A stretch of 64,000 bases of DNA, taken from the NCBI GenBank assembly GCA_951406725.2, contig OX597830.1, forward strand, positions 39,804,001 to 39,868,000, written 5' to 3'. The translations under genes and the position numbers were made by a program. Shown one piece after another: positions 1 through 11,694 of this stretch. Source of the stretch: Octopus vulgaris (Eukaryota). Within the stretch, counting starts at the first letter, position 1. The number at the start of each line of letters is the position of its first letter. Under the pieces are notes generated by a model. The model made no database searches and had not been told where the DNA came from. It saw nothing but the letters and a program-made list of their open reading frames with translations.

Positions 1-120
1 TTTGGTAAATATATGCGTTAAAATGAGACTTGAGTGCTATTTTCATTCTTGCGTAATTTAGACATTTTATTCACCGCACCCTGTATGTATATATATCAAT
101 ATATATATATATATATATAT

Positions 121-336
121 TCTTTTACTCTTTTACTTGTTTCAATCATTTGACTGCGGCCATGCTGGAGCACCGCCTTCAGTCGAACAAATCGACCCCA
201 GGACTTATTCTTTGTAAGCCTATTACTTATTCTATCGTTCACTTTTCCCGAACCACTAAGTTACGGGGACGTAGACACACCAACATCGGTTGTCAAGCGA
301 TTGAGGAGGGACAAACACAGCCTCAAATAACAAATT

Positions 337-396
<60 letters not shown>

Positions 397-456
397 CGGC
401 GGGCTTCTTTCAGTTTCCGTCGAACAAATTCACTCACAAAGCTTTCGATTCTAGGC
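121..456 (-). mobile_element. SINE family A copy (5' truncated) with internal (TA)n
   Basis: Reverse complement of the repeat at 15266-15775 (ggtgctccagcatggccgcagtcaaatga...gaaacaagtaaaagag tail). Confidence 0.85.
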
Positions 457-461
457 AGTGA

Positions 462-520
<59 letters not shown>

Positions 521-584
521 CAACAACAACAACAACACTGAAAAATACCTTAGGAATGAGAACCCAGATTAGAAATTTCCCCAA

Positions 585-630
585 GACACCTGATGAAGGC
601 TGGAGGCTATATCAGCCGAAATGTTGTGTT
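585..630 (+). ncRNA. Minimal type-I hammerhead ribozyme motif
   Basis: gacac-CTGATGA-a-ggctg/cagcc (stem II)-GAAA-tg-TT-gtgtt; stem I gacac/gtgtt; stem III looks like a CpG-decayed cg. Confidence 0.7.
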
Positions 631-690
631 AGCAACAACCAAGATGAGAACAGATATCCGTCAAATGTAAATAATGTAAATAATGAAGAT

Positions 691-784
691 ATCCTTGGTC
701 TGAAGAGTAGTGTGTGGTATACACCTTACTTGGATGTTCACCACTTCAGAGGTCCGCTCGCTATGAAACATATGTAGTCCGGAT
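691..784 (+). ncRNA. Type-I hammerhead ribozyme motif with long stem II insert (partly decayed)
   Basis: CTGAAGA (700-706), stem II gtagtg/cgctat, GAAA (765-768), palindromic stem III catatg, TA; stem I imperfect (atcc..ggt / gtcc ggat). Confidence 0.6.
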
Positions 785-799
785 CTTATCTACTTATCC

Positions 800-2314
800 A
801 TTCCTCAAGTTTCGTGTATATATGTATATAAATGGAGTTAAACGCAGGTGTTATTCAAATTCTTTAATTTCTGACACATGTTTCGAAGACAACATTGGTA
901 TTATTCCAAAGGAATAAAATGGTGTAAAACAACGTAATCTTCTCATCAGGGAAAGAAATAAATAAACCAAACTCATCAATAAGACATTTTAACAGAATGG
1001 GATGGGCGTGTATAATGATGAACGGAACGCCATTAAGTTTTTTTAAGCAGTTTGAGGATATAACGTCAAAGATAGCCTATAGAAAGAGGAGGGGTAAAGG
1101 AAAGAAATAAGGAGAAAACTAATAAATGAGAAATATAGAGCGATTTGTGAGTTAAATAAAAGCTTAAATGCTTGGAAAAAGATATATCTAGTGGAAGTGA
1201 AACGTAAGAAGAAAATCAATGTTCAAATTATATATAATGGTAAATATCACTTATATGAAATAAAGGTATGTTTCTGCCAATGTTTACATCGATAAGCACA
1301 CTATATAACCGTGTTTACAAGAGGATTCTTAGAAAAAAGAATAGAAATTAATTCAGTATTACGGAGTTGGCAGAATTCTTTGCCTTTATCATATGGGAAT
1401 GAGATAGAGAGAATCAACGAATCTAAATCAAATTGTTTATTATGGTCTTTTAGTTACCAAATTAATTTACTAAGCCCTGTACTGTTGCGTTTATTACTAT
1501 CCCTAGATGTAGAGTAATGATTAGAAATTATTTTAGATAACTGAGAAGAAGAACTACCAATATAAAAAAAGACATCGGTACCTGAAGTAATTTTACACTG
1601 GTATATAGAGTTTTTAATCTTAGAATTACTAGGCAAACTTAATTCTGTTGGAATTGACTTCAGAGACAAAAACCTTGTTATTAATATTTCTAGGGGATGG
1701 TTGGTATTAGCTAAATTAATGTTAGTATTAGTAATTGGATTCTTATATAACAGACTAATATTATGTGAGGAGATAATTTGTGAGAGATTTTTTGTGTTAG
1801 AAAACCAATTCTAATCGTGTGCGAGTTGATAATAGAGTAATACCTAGAATTCTTTGGAAAATTCCTAATAATAGTTTCCCGAAGCTGGAAAGGAAGAATA
1901 GATTTAATTTATCTCCCATAAGGAATAATCAACCAAATAGTTTTGTTATTAGTTGCCTTATTTTTAGTGTAACTATCTTTAAAAGACATCGATTTACCTT
2001 CAGAATGAAAAAAAGGAGGTTAAATAACGGTTATCTACCTTACGTTGTAAAAACACCTTCCACTGTTTGGTGTTGGCGTACAAATTAAATTTGATATCGT
2101 TTAGATATCATGTCCATTACTAAAGGTAGAATAAGATTGAATGGAATTAATGTAGGTAACTTTATCTGTATAGCCTGTTTAAGACAGAGTTATAAAATTT
2201 AGCCTTGTCGTTGAAAATGTCAACATTAACAGATAACTTAGACAAGCTAAATGAAATATTCTTAACGAAGTTCTTGGTGATTGCCCTAGAACGATTACTG
2301 AATTGGCTAATATC

Positions 2315-2320
<6 letters not shown>
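800..2320 (-). mobile_element. Penelope-like element remnant (RT C-terminal region + GIY-YIG endonuclease + pLTR)
   Basis: Minus-strand peptides IWLIIPYG..IIRNFPKNSRYYSIINSHTIRIGF, NSIYQCKI..FFYIGSSS..NHYSTS..STGLSKLIW (ORF 1454-1669) and a terminal C-K-H motif; contains stops and frameshifts. Confidence 0.8.
868..954 (-). ncRNA. Canonical-core type-I hammerhead ribozyme in PLE 3' region (pLTR)
   Basis: Minus strand: tttcc-CTGATGA-gaaga...tcttc-GAAA-catgtg-TC-agaaa; GUC triplet; lies downstream of a GIY-YIG remnant on the same strand. Confidence 0.8.
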
Positions 2321-2363
<43 letters not shown>

Positions 2364-2368
<5 letters not shown>

Positions 2369-2604
2369 CCGGAGTAAACACATAAATGTGAAACAAGGTG
2401 GAAAAAAGAGTACTCAAATACCAGTGGAAGAGTAATATGCTTTATTTAAAGCAGCAGAAAATTCAACAAAACCTATTACTTTGAGTTTCGCGTTGCCGTT
2501 CATCGGACAGTTTTTGCTAGCAAAAAAAAAAAAACTGTCCGATTAACGGCAACGCGAAAATCAGAGTAACAGGTTTTGTTGAATTTTCTGCTGCTTTAAA
2601 TAAA

Positions 2605-2605
<1 letters not shown>
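2364..2605. mobile_element. Short palindromic PLE-pLTR-like element in (TA)n with an HHR-like motif in each arm
   Basis: Inverted repeat 2440-2605 centred on tttttgct|agcaaaaa; arms read ctgt-CCGATGA-acggcaacgc-GAAA-ctcaaag-TA-atag (minus, 2473-2510) and a decayed mirror (2535-2572); same family as 12300-12450. Confidence 0.75.
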
Positions 2606-2646
<41 letters not shown>

Positions 2647-2648
<2 letters not shown>

Positions 2649-2872
2649 CTTTATACCCACAAGGGGCTAAACACAGAGGGGACAAACAAGGACAGACAAA
2701 CGGATTAATCGATTACATCGATCCCAGTGCGTAACTGGTACTTAATTTATCGACCCCGAAAGGATGAAAGGCAAATCGACCTCGGCGGAATTTGAACACA
2801 GAACATAGCGGCAGGCGAAATACGGCTACGCATTTCGCCCGGCGTGCTAACGGTTCTGCCAGCTCGCCGCCT
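2647..2872 (-). mobile_element. SINE family B (tRNA head, Nin-like core)
   Basis: Reverse complement of ggcggcgagctggcagaa...gttcaaattccgccgaggtcga..gcctttcatcctttcggggtcgataaa..agtaccag. Confidence 0.85.
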
Positions 2873-3500
2873 TATATATATATAGTTGAAAAGGGGTTAA
2901 GAGTCCATTTAAATTAAAAATTATAGTTAAAAATAAAGTTGGAAAAAGTGCAAAAATATCTATTTAGAGGATTTTTGATATTTTTGTAACAGTGATAGAT
3001 CTAAAATATAACCAGTTTTGATGTGTCCAACTTATAAAATAGTTTTTGTGGGGTTAACAGTTTGTACCCATGTCTTAGCGCATAGTGTAATTTTTCTTCA
3101 TAGTCACTCCTTCTATAAGTTTTGTCTATGGACGTTTGGGCTGGGGTTCAAGGGTTCAAGTTTCAGGAATTCTAATGAAAAGAAATGTTTTGAATTGAAT
3201 AGGTGGTTTCTATTCAGGAAATGGCCAGTTGTGTGGTTGTGTGTGAGTTTGTGTGTATGTATGAGTATTTTCGGAATATATTTGTGAAAACATTTTTCTT
3301 TTTTTCTTTTTCTATTGAGAAAATATGATTAATGGTTAAGAATGGTCATTCAAAGGATTTAGAAGGAATTAATTTACTTCGTGTGTGTATGTGTGTGTGT
3401 GTTGTTTTGTCCGTGTGTGTCTATGTGTGTGTGTTGTTTTTGGTTTTTGGAAATATGTTTTGTATATATGTATGTTTTTCGATTGGGGGGAATATTTTGT

Positions 3501-3840
3501 GCGCGTGTGTGTGTGTTTGACAGATCTTTATCTATTGATTAATAGTGGGTGTTTAGATATTTAGTTATGGTTTAAATTTCTTAAAGAATTTGGTGAGTGT
3601 GCATGTGATTGTTCTTTGTAGTATATGTGTTGTTTGTCTGTGTGTGTGTACGTGTATGTGCATATTATCACTGGTGTATGCGTGTGTGTGGATGTGTTGT
3701 TTTTGTCACAGACAAAACAACACACACACACACACACACACACCAAATTCTTTAACAAATTTAAACCATAACTAAATATTTAAACACCCTCTATTAATCA
3801 ATAGATAAGAATCTGTCACACACACACGCACACACACGCG
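3501..3840. repeat. Inverted duplication (~100-bp arms) with inner palindrome
   Basis: 3501-3601 matches the reverse complement of 3735-3840 (gacagatctttatctattgattaatag..ttaaagaatttggtg); inner gtgttgttttgtc/gacaaaacaacac. Confidence 0.85.
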
Positions 3841-4363
3841 TCAAATTATATACAGGACTAATAGGAAAATATAAAAAATTCTTAAGGAAAAACTTCATTA
3901 TCAACACAGAAGTGTCTTTCATTAATAGATGTGTGGGTTTGTGAACATGTGTGTGAATTATGTGAGACAAACGAAGTGAAAGAATGGGCTTCTAATAATA
4001 TGTATAAAGAAAATGTGGAATGTTAAGGAAAATCATTTTGCAACTACGTAGTTTTGGGTTCAATCCCGGTGCACAACACCTTGAGCAAGTGTGTTTAAAT
4101 ATAACCCCGGATCGACTATTGCCTTATGAGTGAAGTTGACAGACGGAAACTGTGTAGTAGAAGCTCTTCGTAAATGTGTGCGTGCGTGTGTGTGTGTGTA
4201 TGTGTGTGTGTATGTGTGTGCGTGTGCGTGTGCGTGTGTGTGTATGTGTATGTGTGTATGTGTGTGTGTGTGTATTGTACAAATACTTGCTACTGCCCTC
4301 TCCGAATTATTTTTCTTCACTCATTTTCGTTCTGTTTATGCGAATTACCTGGGCAATAATTAC

Positions 4364-4629
4364 CTGCATATTTCTAAACGCTCTGTCTGTACTGGAGATA
4401 AGGGCAAGGCAACTGCAGCGTTGATGAAATCTATTGAGACAGAAACACCTGTCCACAACTGTCTTCTTGTTTCTTGATAATCAGACTGTCTTCTCCTTAA
4501 TGGCACATCAACTTTGGAGAAGTCTTCATTCTTGAGTTTTTCTCCCCTCGTTAGGAGTTGATCCAAATGGCCGCCACATGATCGTTCCACCATCTCTGGA
4601 AGCGAAGATAATTTCAACAAATCAAGGAC
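4364..4629 (-). CDS. Candidate host-gene coding exon (protein unidentified)
   Basis: Non-repetitive open frame VLDLLKLSSLPEMVERSCGGHLDQLL...DFINAAVALPLSPVQTERLEIC, bounded by tag| (weak acceptor) and CAG|GTAATT donor. Confidence 0.5.
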
Positions 4630-4782
4630 CTACCTACTATGGTGTTTATACATGCATTTACACAAATATAAAGATCAACGAAATCAGTTATCAACACCTT
4701 TCGTCCATAAATTTACTGAAGTAGAGGTCCAAACCCAGGAATATTGAAATACCAGAAAACGGATAGATATATAGATAGACAC

Positions 4783-4903
<121 letters not shown>

Positions 4904-5382
4904 AAGATAGATAGGTTTTGGAAGCGATGATCTGCATATCTATCCTCAATGGGATCAGGCAGATTCGAACGCAAATATACTTGTCACTGTCATTCGAATC
5001 TGCTATAAAGAACCCTTTCGAGTTTGTTTATAAAAATATTATTTATGTAGTACTAAATCAGTTTAAGTATATATTAATTAAAATTGACTGAAATTGATAT
5101 GCGAGCATTTGGCCAATCAGATTCGCACGGAGCCATGTAAGCGTCGATTTGTGAGTTCGACTCAGTATGAGGTTAGCTCATCATTTTTCAGTCATTTGTT
5201 CATACTTAAAAAAATTGTCGCTTGAAATCGGAGAATAAATATCATTATGATATATATTATATACAGTTATTATACTATGAGCCTTCCATGGTAGCTTTCT
5301 CTCCGTAACTTGCAAAGACTTTCGGGTTTGTTTATAAAAATATTTATGTAGTATATATATATATATATATATAGTATATATA

Positions 5383-5426
<44 letters not shown>

Positions 5427-5444
5427 GTGTGTGTGTATGTGCAT

Positions 5445-5665
5445 ATATCTATGTGTGTGTTTGTGTCTATGTTTGGCCCCTACTATCGCTTGATAACCAA
5501 TATTGGTGTGTTTACTTTCCCGTAATTTAGCGGTTCGGTAAAAGAAACCGAGAGAATAAGTACTAGGCTTAAGAAGTGTGTCTTGGGGTCGATTTGTTCG
5601 ACTAAAACCTTTTAAGGCGGTGTTCCAGCATGGCCGAACTCTAATGACTGCAAAAATTAGCAGAA
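5445..5665 (+). mobile_element. SINE family A, 3' half
   Basis: Homology to 15590-15775. Confidence 0.8.
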
Positions 5666-6116
5666 TGACACTCACACACACACACACACACACATACACG
5701 CGCATGTATACATTTAACACTTTTGGGGAAACGTGAAACTTGAAGTAGATAAAGTAATAAAGCATAACGTGAAAATATTCGTTTAAATCCCTTTACATAG
5801 AAAAAGTAGAAGGTTGCTCGTTGGACTTGAACCAACATCATCTGTAAACATAACGTCTGTTCTACCAAAGCAATCTTACCAAAACAATCTTAGACCAAAG
5901 CAATCTTACGAATTTCGCGATAGTAAGGACAAAGTTTCGTCCAATAGCAGAACGTATCATGTTTACAGACGATGTGGTTCCGTGTAAACCGAGCAGACCT
6001 TCTATCCAAAAGCAGTTTTAAGTCAATATTAATTTTAGCTTAAATTGCTTCGAGATTCACCGTTCAAAACAGTGTTTCACATCCTCTCGAAGTTCCCAGT
6101 TTCTTTGGGCCTCAAC

Positions 6117-6159
<43 letters not shown>

Positions 6160-6183
6160 CATATATACATACATATATATACA

Positions 6184-6335
6184 TTTTTGTTCTCTCTCCC
6201 TTTTTTCCCTTTCTGTCAGAGAGCGTAGGCTTGAAACGTAAAAGACTTTTTCATTTCTCCTAAGTGTTAAACAAATGCACCTGCTTCTTATTCCTACACC
6301 TGTCTTCGTCTTTTCTTTTCTGTAAATTTGAACAA
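6184..6335 (+). mobile_element. Short PLE-tail-like element with variant HHR motif (6209-6244), flanked by (TA)n
   Basis: cttt-CTGTCAGA-gagc gtag gctt-GAAA-cg-TA-aaag; homologous copies at 17145-17325 and 30558-30682 (minus). Confidence 0.65.
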
Positions 6336-6356
6336 CATATATACATATATATATAC

Positions 6357-6539
<183 letters not shown>

Positions 6540-6704
6540 CATACATACATATATATACATACATATATAAGTATGTATGTATGTACATACACTCACACAC
6601 ATACGCGCATACACACACATGAGCATATACATTTCAATATATAAAGAGAAGTAATCAGGAAAAGTACACCGCTCAAATCTCTCTCTTCTTCCGTCCCTCC
6701 CCCC

Positions 6705-6735
<31 letters not shown>

Positions 6736-6914
6736 CATATGTTCACATACACAGACACATGTCTTAGTCTTAGTATGCTTATGCGTATAAGTGCTTTCGT
6801 GTGCGTGCGTCTCTACGTTTGTGTGTGTGCATGTGTGCGTTTGTGCCTATGTGTGTGCGGCTGTCAGCTGGGACATGCTTATATATATGTGTGTGTGTGT
6901 AAGCCTATATATAT

Positions 6915-6951
<37 letters not shown>

Positions 6952-7092
6952 ACGTGTATAAACACAATTGTATCTATGCATCTCTATCTGCAATGTGCTT
7001 GCGTATGTACTAGTGTTTGTGTCAGTGTATGTGATCGTGTGGGTACACGCACACACACAGAGACACACACACACACACACATATATATATAC

Positions 7093-7146
<54 letters not shown>

Positions 7147-7170
7147 CATATATACATGCGTACATATATA

Positions 7171-7203
<33 letters not shown>

Positions 7204-7241
7204 GTACATATATATGTATGTATTTAAACATACACACACAC

Positions 7242-7273
<32 letters not shown>

Positions 7274-7559
7274 GTATGTATATATATATGTATGTATGTA
7301 TATATACATATGTATATATATATACATATATACATATATATATATGTACTTATATATTATTGTACATGTGTGTCTGTGCGTCTGTGTGCGTGTGTCTGTG
7401 TGTGCATGTATGCGTACGTGCGAGTATCGGTCTGTGAACGTTGACATGTGTATTTTACGACCTGTGTGTCTCAGTGTCAGGTTAATGTCACACTGACATT
7501 AGCATCTCGCCGCACAAAAGCACATCCCCCTTCACAACAACCAACGCAAACTCAGAAGC

Positions 7560-7561
7560 AT

Positions 7562-7624
<63 letters not shown>

Positions 7625-8290
7625 TGTAGTGGTGGTGGTGGTGGTGGTGGTGGTGGTGGTGGTAGTGGTGGTGATCGTGGTGGTAGTGGTAGTAGTAGTA
7701 GTGGAGTTGTTGTTGACGATGCTGTTAGTGGTGTTGGTGTTGGTGTTGGTGTTGGTGGTGATGGTAGTGGGGGCGGCGCTGGCGGCGTCAATGGTGGTGG
7801 TGGTGGTGGTGGTGGTGTTGGAGGTGGAGGTGGCTGCGATGGAGGTGGTGGATGCGGCAGCGACGATGGCGGCGGCGTTGGTTGTGATGGTGGTGGTGGT
7901 TGTGGTGGTGGTTGCGGTGGGGGTTGTGGTGGAAGTGGTGGTGGTGGTGGTGGAGGCTGCGCCGGTAGTAATTAGCACAATTTTTGGCTGATGATTACGC
8001 TGCTTGTGGATGTTGTTGGTGAGAATGACAACGTCGATCGTCATAATGGGGAAAAAATGACGATTATTATTATTATCATTATTATTATTGAGATGCTGGT
8101 TGTTGCCTTGGTGGTGGTAGTGGTGGTGCTTGATGTTTACAGAGATGATGGTGAAGAAGATGAAGAATGAGGTGAAACTGAAGGGAGGTTCGCACTCATA
8201 GTGATGATGAGGCGGCAGCAGCGATAAAACTGGTGGTAGTGGTGGTGTTGCTGCTGGAAGTAATAGAGATGGTAACGGTGTTTGGGGGTG
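7560..8290. repeat. Compound (TAG)n/(GGT)n trinucleotide low-complexity tract
   Basis: Direct reading; explains the poly-V/T/P ORFs. Confidence 0.95.
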
Positions 8291-8310
8291 TGAGGTAACC
8301 GTCCTGGTAT

Positions 8311-8468
<158 letters not shown>

Positions 8469-8628
8469 TAGAGGACTGACCACTAAAAGGGGACAGCCTA
8501 TATGCTAAACATGGACATCAAATCGCCATTTACCACGAAGAATGTGTTCTCAAGAAAAATCTCAGCAAAAAACTAAAGTGTAAAAATAAGTAAGACACAT
8601 GAAAATATACGAAATTAAAAACGATTAC

Positions 8629-8703
8629 CTATGTACCAATTGGTTTCACTTGTTAATATTTACGTATATGGACACGCAACCATCTGCAAGATCATCAGCA
8701 AAG
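8629..8703 (-). ncRNA. Canonical-core type-I hammerhead ribozyme motif within a ~390-bp element (8462-8847) embedded in (TA)n
   Basis: Minus strand: ctttg-CTGATGA-tcttg...caagt-GAAA-ccaattgg-TA-catag; adjacent 8465-8630 resembles 19045-19200 at the edge of a PLE remnant. Confidence 0.75.
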
Positions 8704-8844
8704 ACTGTCGTTTACAAAACACAATTTCCAGAACTAGATACAGAACGCTCAACCGAAATCCAGTGTGTATAAAGTTCTACATTTTATTTAAGTGTATTTT
8801 TCAAATGCCTTTACTTTGGTGCGCTGAGATCGGAAACTACTCGG

Positions 8845-8891
<47 letters not shown>

Positions 8892-8894
<3 letters not shown>

Positions 8895-9291
8895 TTATAT
8901 ATAAAAGTGAAGTTGTGTGTCTGTCTCCTACGATTTAGATTCCTAACTACTCCCACATTTTTCGGTGCAGTTTAACAAAAACCGGGTATCTTATAGTCGT
9001 GATTCATATCGAGCCCGTTTGGGTATTAGCGCACGTCTACGATGAGTTTACGATTTTAAAAAAAAATTTACCATCATTTTTTTCCATTTTAATGCATTTT
9101 TTTCGCTATCATATAAGGGAAGTAACTCTCTAAAAATGTCTACGATGAGTCAACGATTTAAAAAAAAATTTGCCATCATTTTTTTTCCATTTTTAATGCA
9201 TTTTTTTGCTATTTTTTGGCTATAACTCTCTAAAAATGCTTATATAGTTATTTCCCTTACAAACCCGAGCAACGCCGGGCGATACTGCTAG
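8892..9291 (+). mobile_element. Non-autonomous Helitron
   Basis: 5' TC after A, 3' CTAG before T, subterminal hairpin cccg..cggg (9264-9279), no TSD, internal ~100-bp tandem duplication. Confidence 0.85.
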
Positions 9292-9305
9292 TATATATAT
9301 AAACA

Positions 9306-10487
9306 CAGGATATCCTGAAATTAAGGCAACCGAAGTTTCGTATTTTAATAACTATCAATAAATGTGATATGATATGAACATTATACATCATTATAAAAGC
9401 TTACAATTGTTTCAGACTAAATAAATTCAGATTCATAAATTAGATAATGGCTATCGAACGAAATACAATCATAACTCTCAGCAAAGGAGATGAAAATAAT
9501 AAAGCTCTAACAAAAAAGCTTAAAATTAACCGAACAGCCTGGAAAATTGTCAAGAAATTTCAAGAAACTGGTTCCACCGCTGATCGACCTGGACGTGGCG
9601 GAAAAAGAAGTGTTCAAACCTCTGAGCTTATCAAAAGTGCCAGAGAAGAGATACGGTGAAATTCTCGTCGTTCCGTCAGAAAACAGTCTGTCACAGCAAA
9701 ATTAAGCCGAACGTTGATGTATCGAGTACTGGAGGAGGCTCTCAGCATCCACCCCTACAAGATGATCCGACGTCATGAGCTCACGCAAGTGTATAAGGCC
9801 ATGAGACTGAGAGCAAGTTACCCAAACTGGTGTTCACTGATGAAAAGAAATTTGACATTGAATAGGCAGTAAACCACCAGAATGACTGACTTTGGAGTGT
9901 ATCTGGCTCCGGTGAGGGTAGACTCGTGAATCGACGTCAAAATCTATAGTCAGGTATGGTTTGAGCGGCTGTGATAGCCACTGAAGGGTCTCACCTTGTT
10001 TCTATGCCCTGAGGTATTAAAATAAACACCCAGCGACACATTAGCGACGTTCTAGAAGCTGAACTGCTTCCATGGGTGAATGAGTACTTTCAAGGCGCAC
10101 CTTGAGGACTCCAACAGGACACGGCACCATCCCACTACTCCAAACAGACACAACACTGGATTCAGAAAAACATATTATAGTTCATAGTCATGAATGTACA
10201 GCCTTCAAGAAGGCCCGATCTCACCCCGTTGGATTTTTCTGAAGGCAAAACTGCACCAGAAAAGGGCTTCGATTCCACAAGAACAGCAGCGTTACCGGAA
10301 GTGAAACATTCGCACCTAGACTTAAAGTTGTAATTCGAAATAGATGTGGTCATATCGAATAAATATGGTAGTGTAAAAATTGAGTTTCTTTATCATTGCA
10401 TTGCAACACTAGGATTCGAAATACAACAATATTCTGCATTGGTAAAATTGAAAAAAAGTTGGTTGCCTTAATTTTGGGGACAACCTG
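9306..10487 (+). mobile_element. Tc1/mariner superfamily transposon (DD37D/maT-like) with decayed transposase
   Basis: Imperfect TIRs cagg..aaattaaggcaacc / ggttgccttaattt..cctg+TA; peptides KKFQETGSTADRPGRG, LVFTDEKKF, QQDTAPSH, PDLTPLDF with stops. Confidence 0.88.
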
Positions 10488-10495
10488 TATAAGCT

Positions 10496-10673
10496 CAGGG
10501 TGTGTGGTGAGAAGCTTTCTTCCCAACTGTATGGTTTGGGATTCTGTTTCACTGCCTGGTATCTTGAGTAAGTGTTTTCTACTTGACCAAAGTCTTGTGA
10601 GTAGATTTGGAAGATAGAAACTGAAAGAAACCCGTCATACATATGTGTGTGTTTGTGTGTGTGTGTGTGTGTC

Positions 10674-10711
<38 letters not shown>

Positions 10712-10930
10712 TGTGTGTGTTTATGTGTGTCAGTATTTGTTCCCTAACCATCACCGCTTGACAACCGGTGCTGGTGGCCCCGTAATCTAGAGGTTCGGCA
10801 AAAGAGACCGATAGAATAAGTACTAAACTTTACAAAAATAAGTTCTGGCGTCAATTTGTTCGACTAAAACCCTTCAGGGCGGTGCTACATCATGGCCGCA
10901 GTCAAATGACTGAAGCAAACAAAAAGAATA
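10496..10930 (+). mobile_element. SINE family A with internal (GT)n
   Basis: Homology to 15266-15775. Confidence 0.8.
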
Positions 10931-10963
10931 TAAGAATGTCGATAGATACGTGTACATACGTAT

Positions 10964-11040
<77 letters not shown>

Positions 11041-11317
11041 ATAAAATAGAGATGTGTGCGTATTCACTTTTAATGCGAAAACGGCTTCACCAATTACTTT
11101 TATACTTCGGATGCATGAATAATTTGACTTCGGACATATAATAGGGTCTTCATTTGACGTTTTTTACTGAAATATTTTAATAATAACATTTTTTGCCCTT
11201 TTATATTACATTCACGTCTTTCAAAGATTTTTAAATATTTACTTTTCTACCTCTGAGTGATTTGTTCCATTGTGGTACTAAGTGGTTTTTCCTTTGGTAT
11301 GTTGTAAGTGTATTCTT

Positions 11318-11692
11318 TTCTGCTCTAGGCCTGAAATGTTAGGGAGGGGACCAGTCGATCAGATCGACCCCAATACGCAACAGGTACTTAAGTTATCGCC
11401 CTCCAAAAGGGTGAAAAGCAAGGTCGACCTCGGCGGAATTTGAACTCAGAACGTAGCGACAGACGAAATACCTATTTTTTTTACTACCCACAAGGGGCTA
11501 AACACAGGGAGGACAAACAAGGACAGACAAACAGATTAACTCGATTATATCGACGCCAGTACGTAACTGGTACTTATTCAATCGACCCCGAAAGGATGAA
11601 AGGCAAAGTCGACCTCGGCGGAATTTGAGCTCAGAACGAAATACGGCTACGCATTTCGCCCGGCGTGCTAACGTTTCTGCTAGCTCGCCGCT
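11318..11692 (-). mobile_element. Two tandem or nested SINE family B copies
   Basis: gtcgacctcggcggaatttga core occurs twice. Confidence 0.85.
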
Positions 11693-11694
11693 TT

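Noticed and set aside
1-85. caccctg-TA end resembling a Tc1/mariner terminal repeat
   Set aside because: The partner end is outside the window; not verifiable
11073-11160. Possible decayed hammerhead on the minus strand
   Set aside because: Both core halves deviate; not supportable
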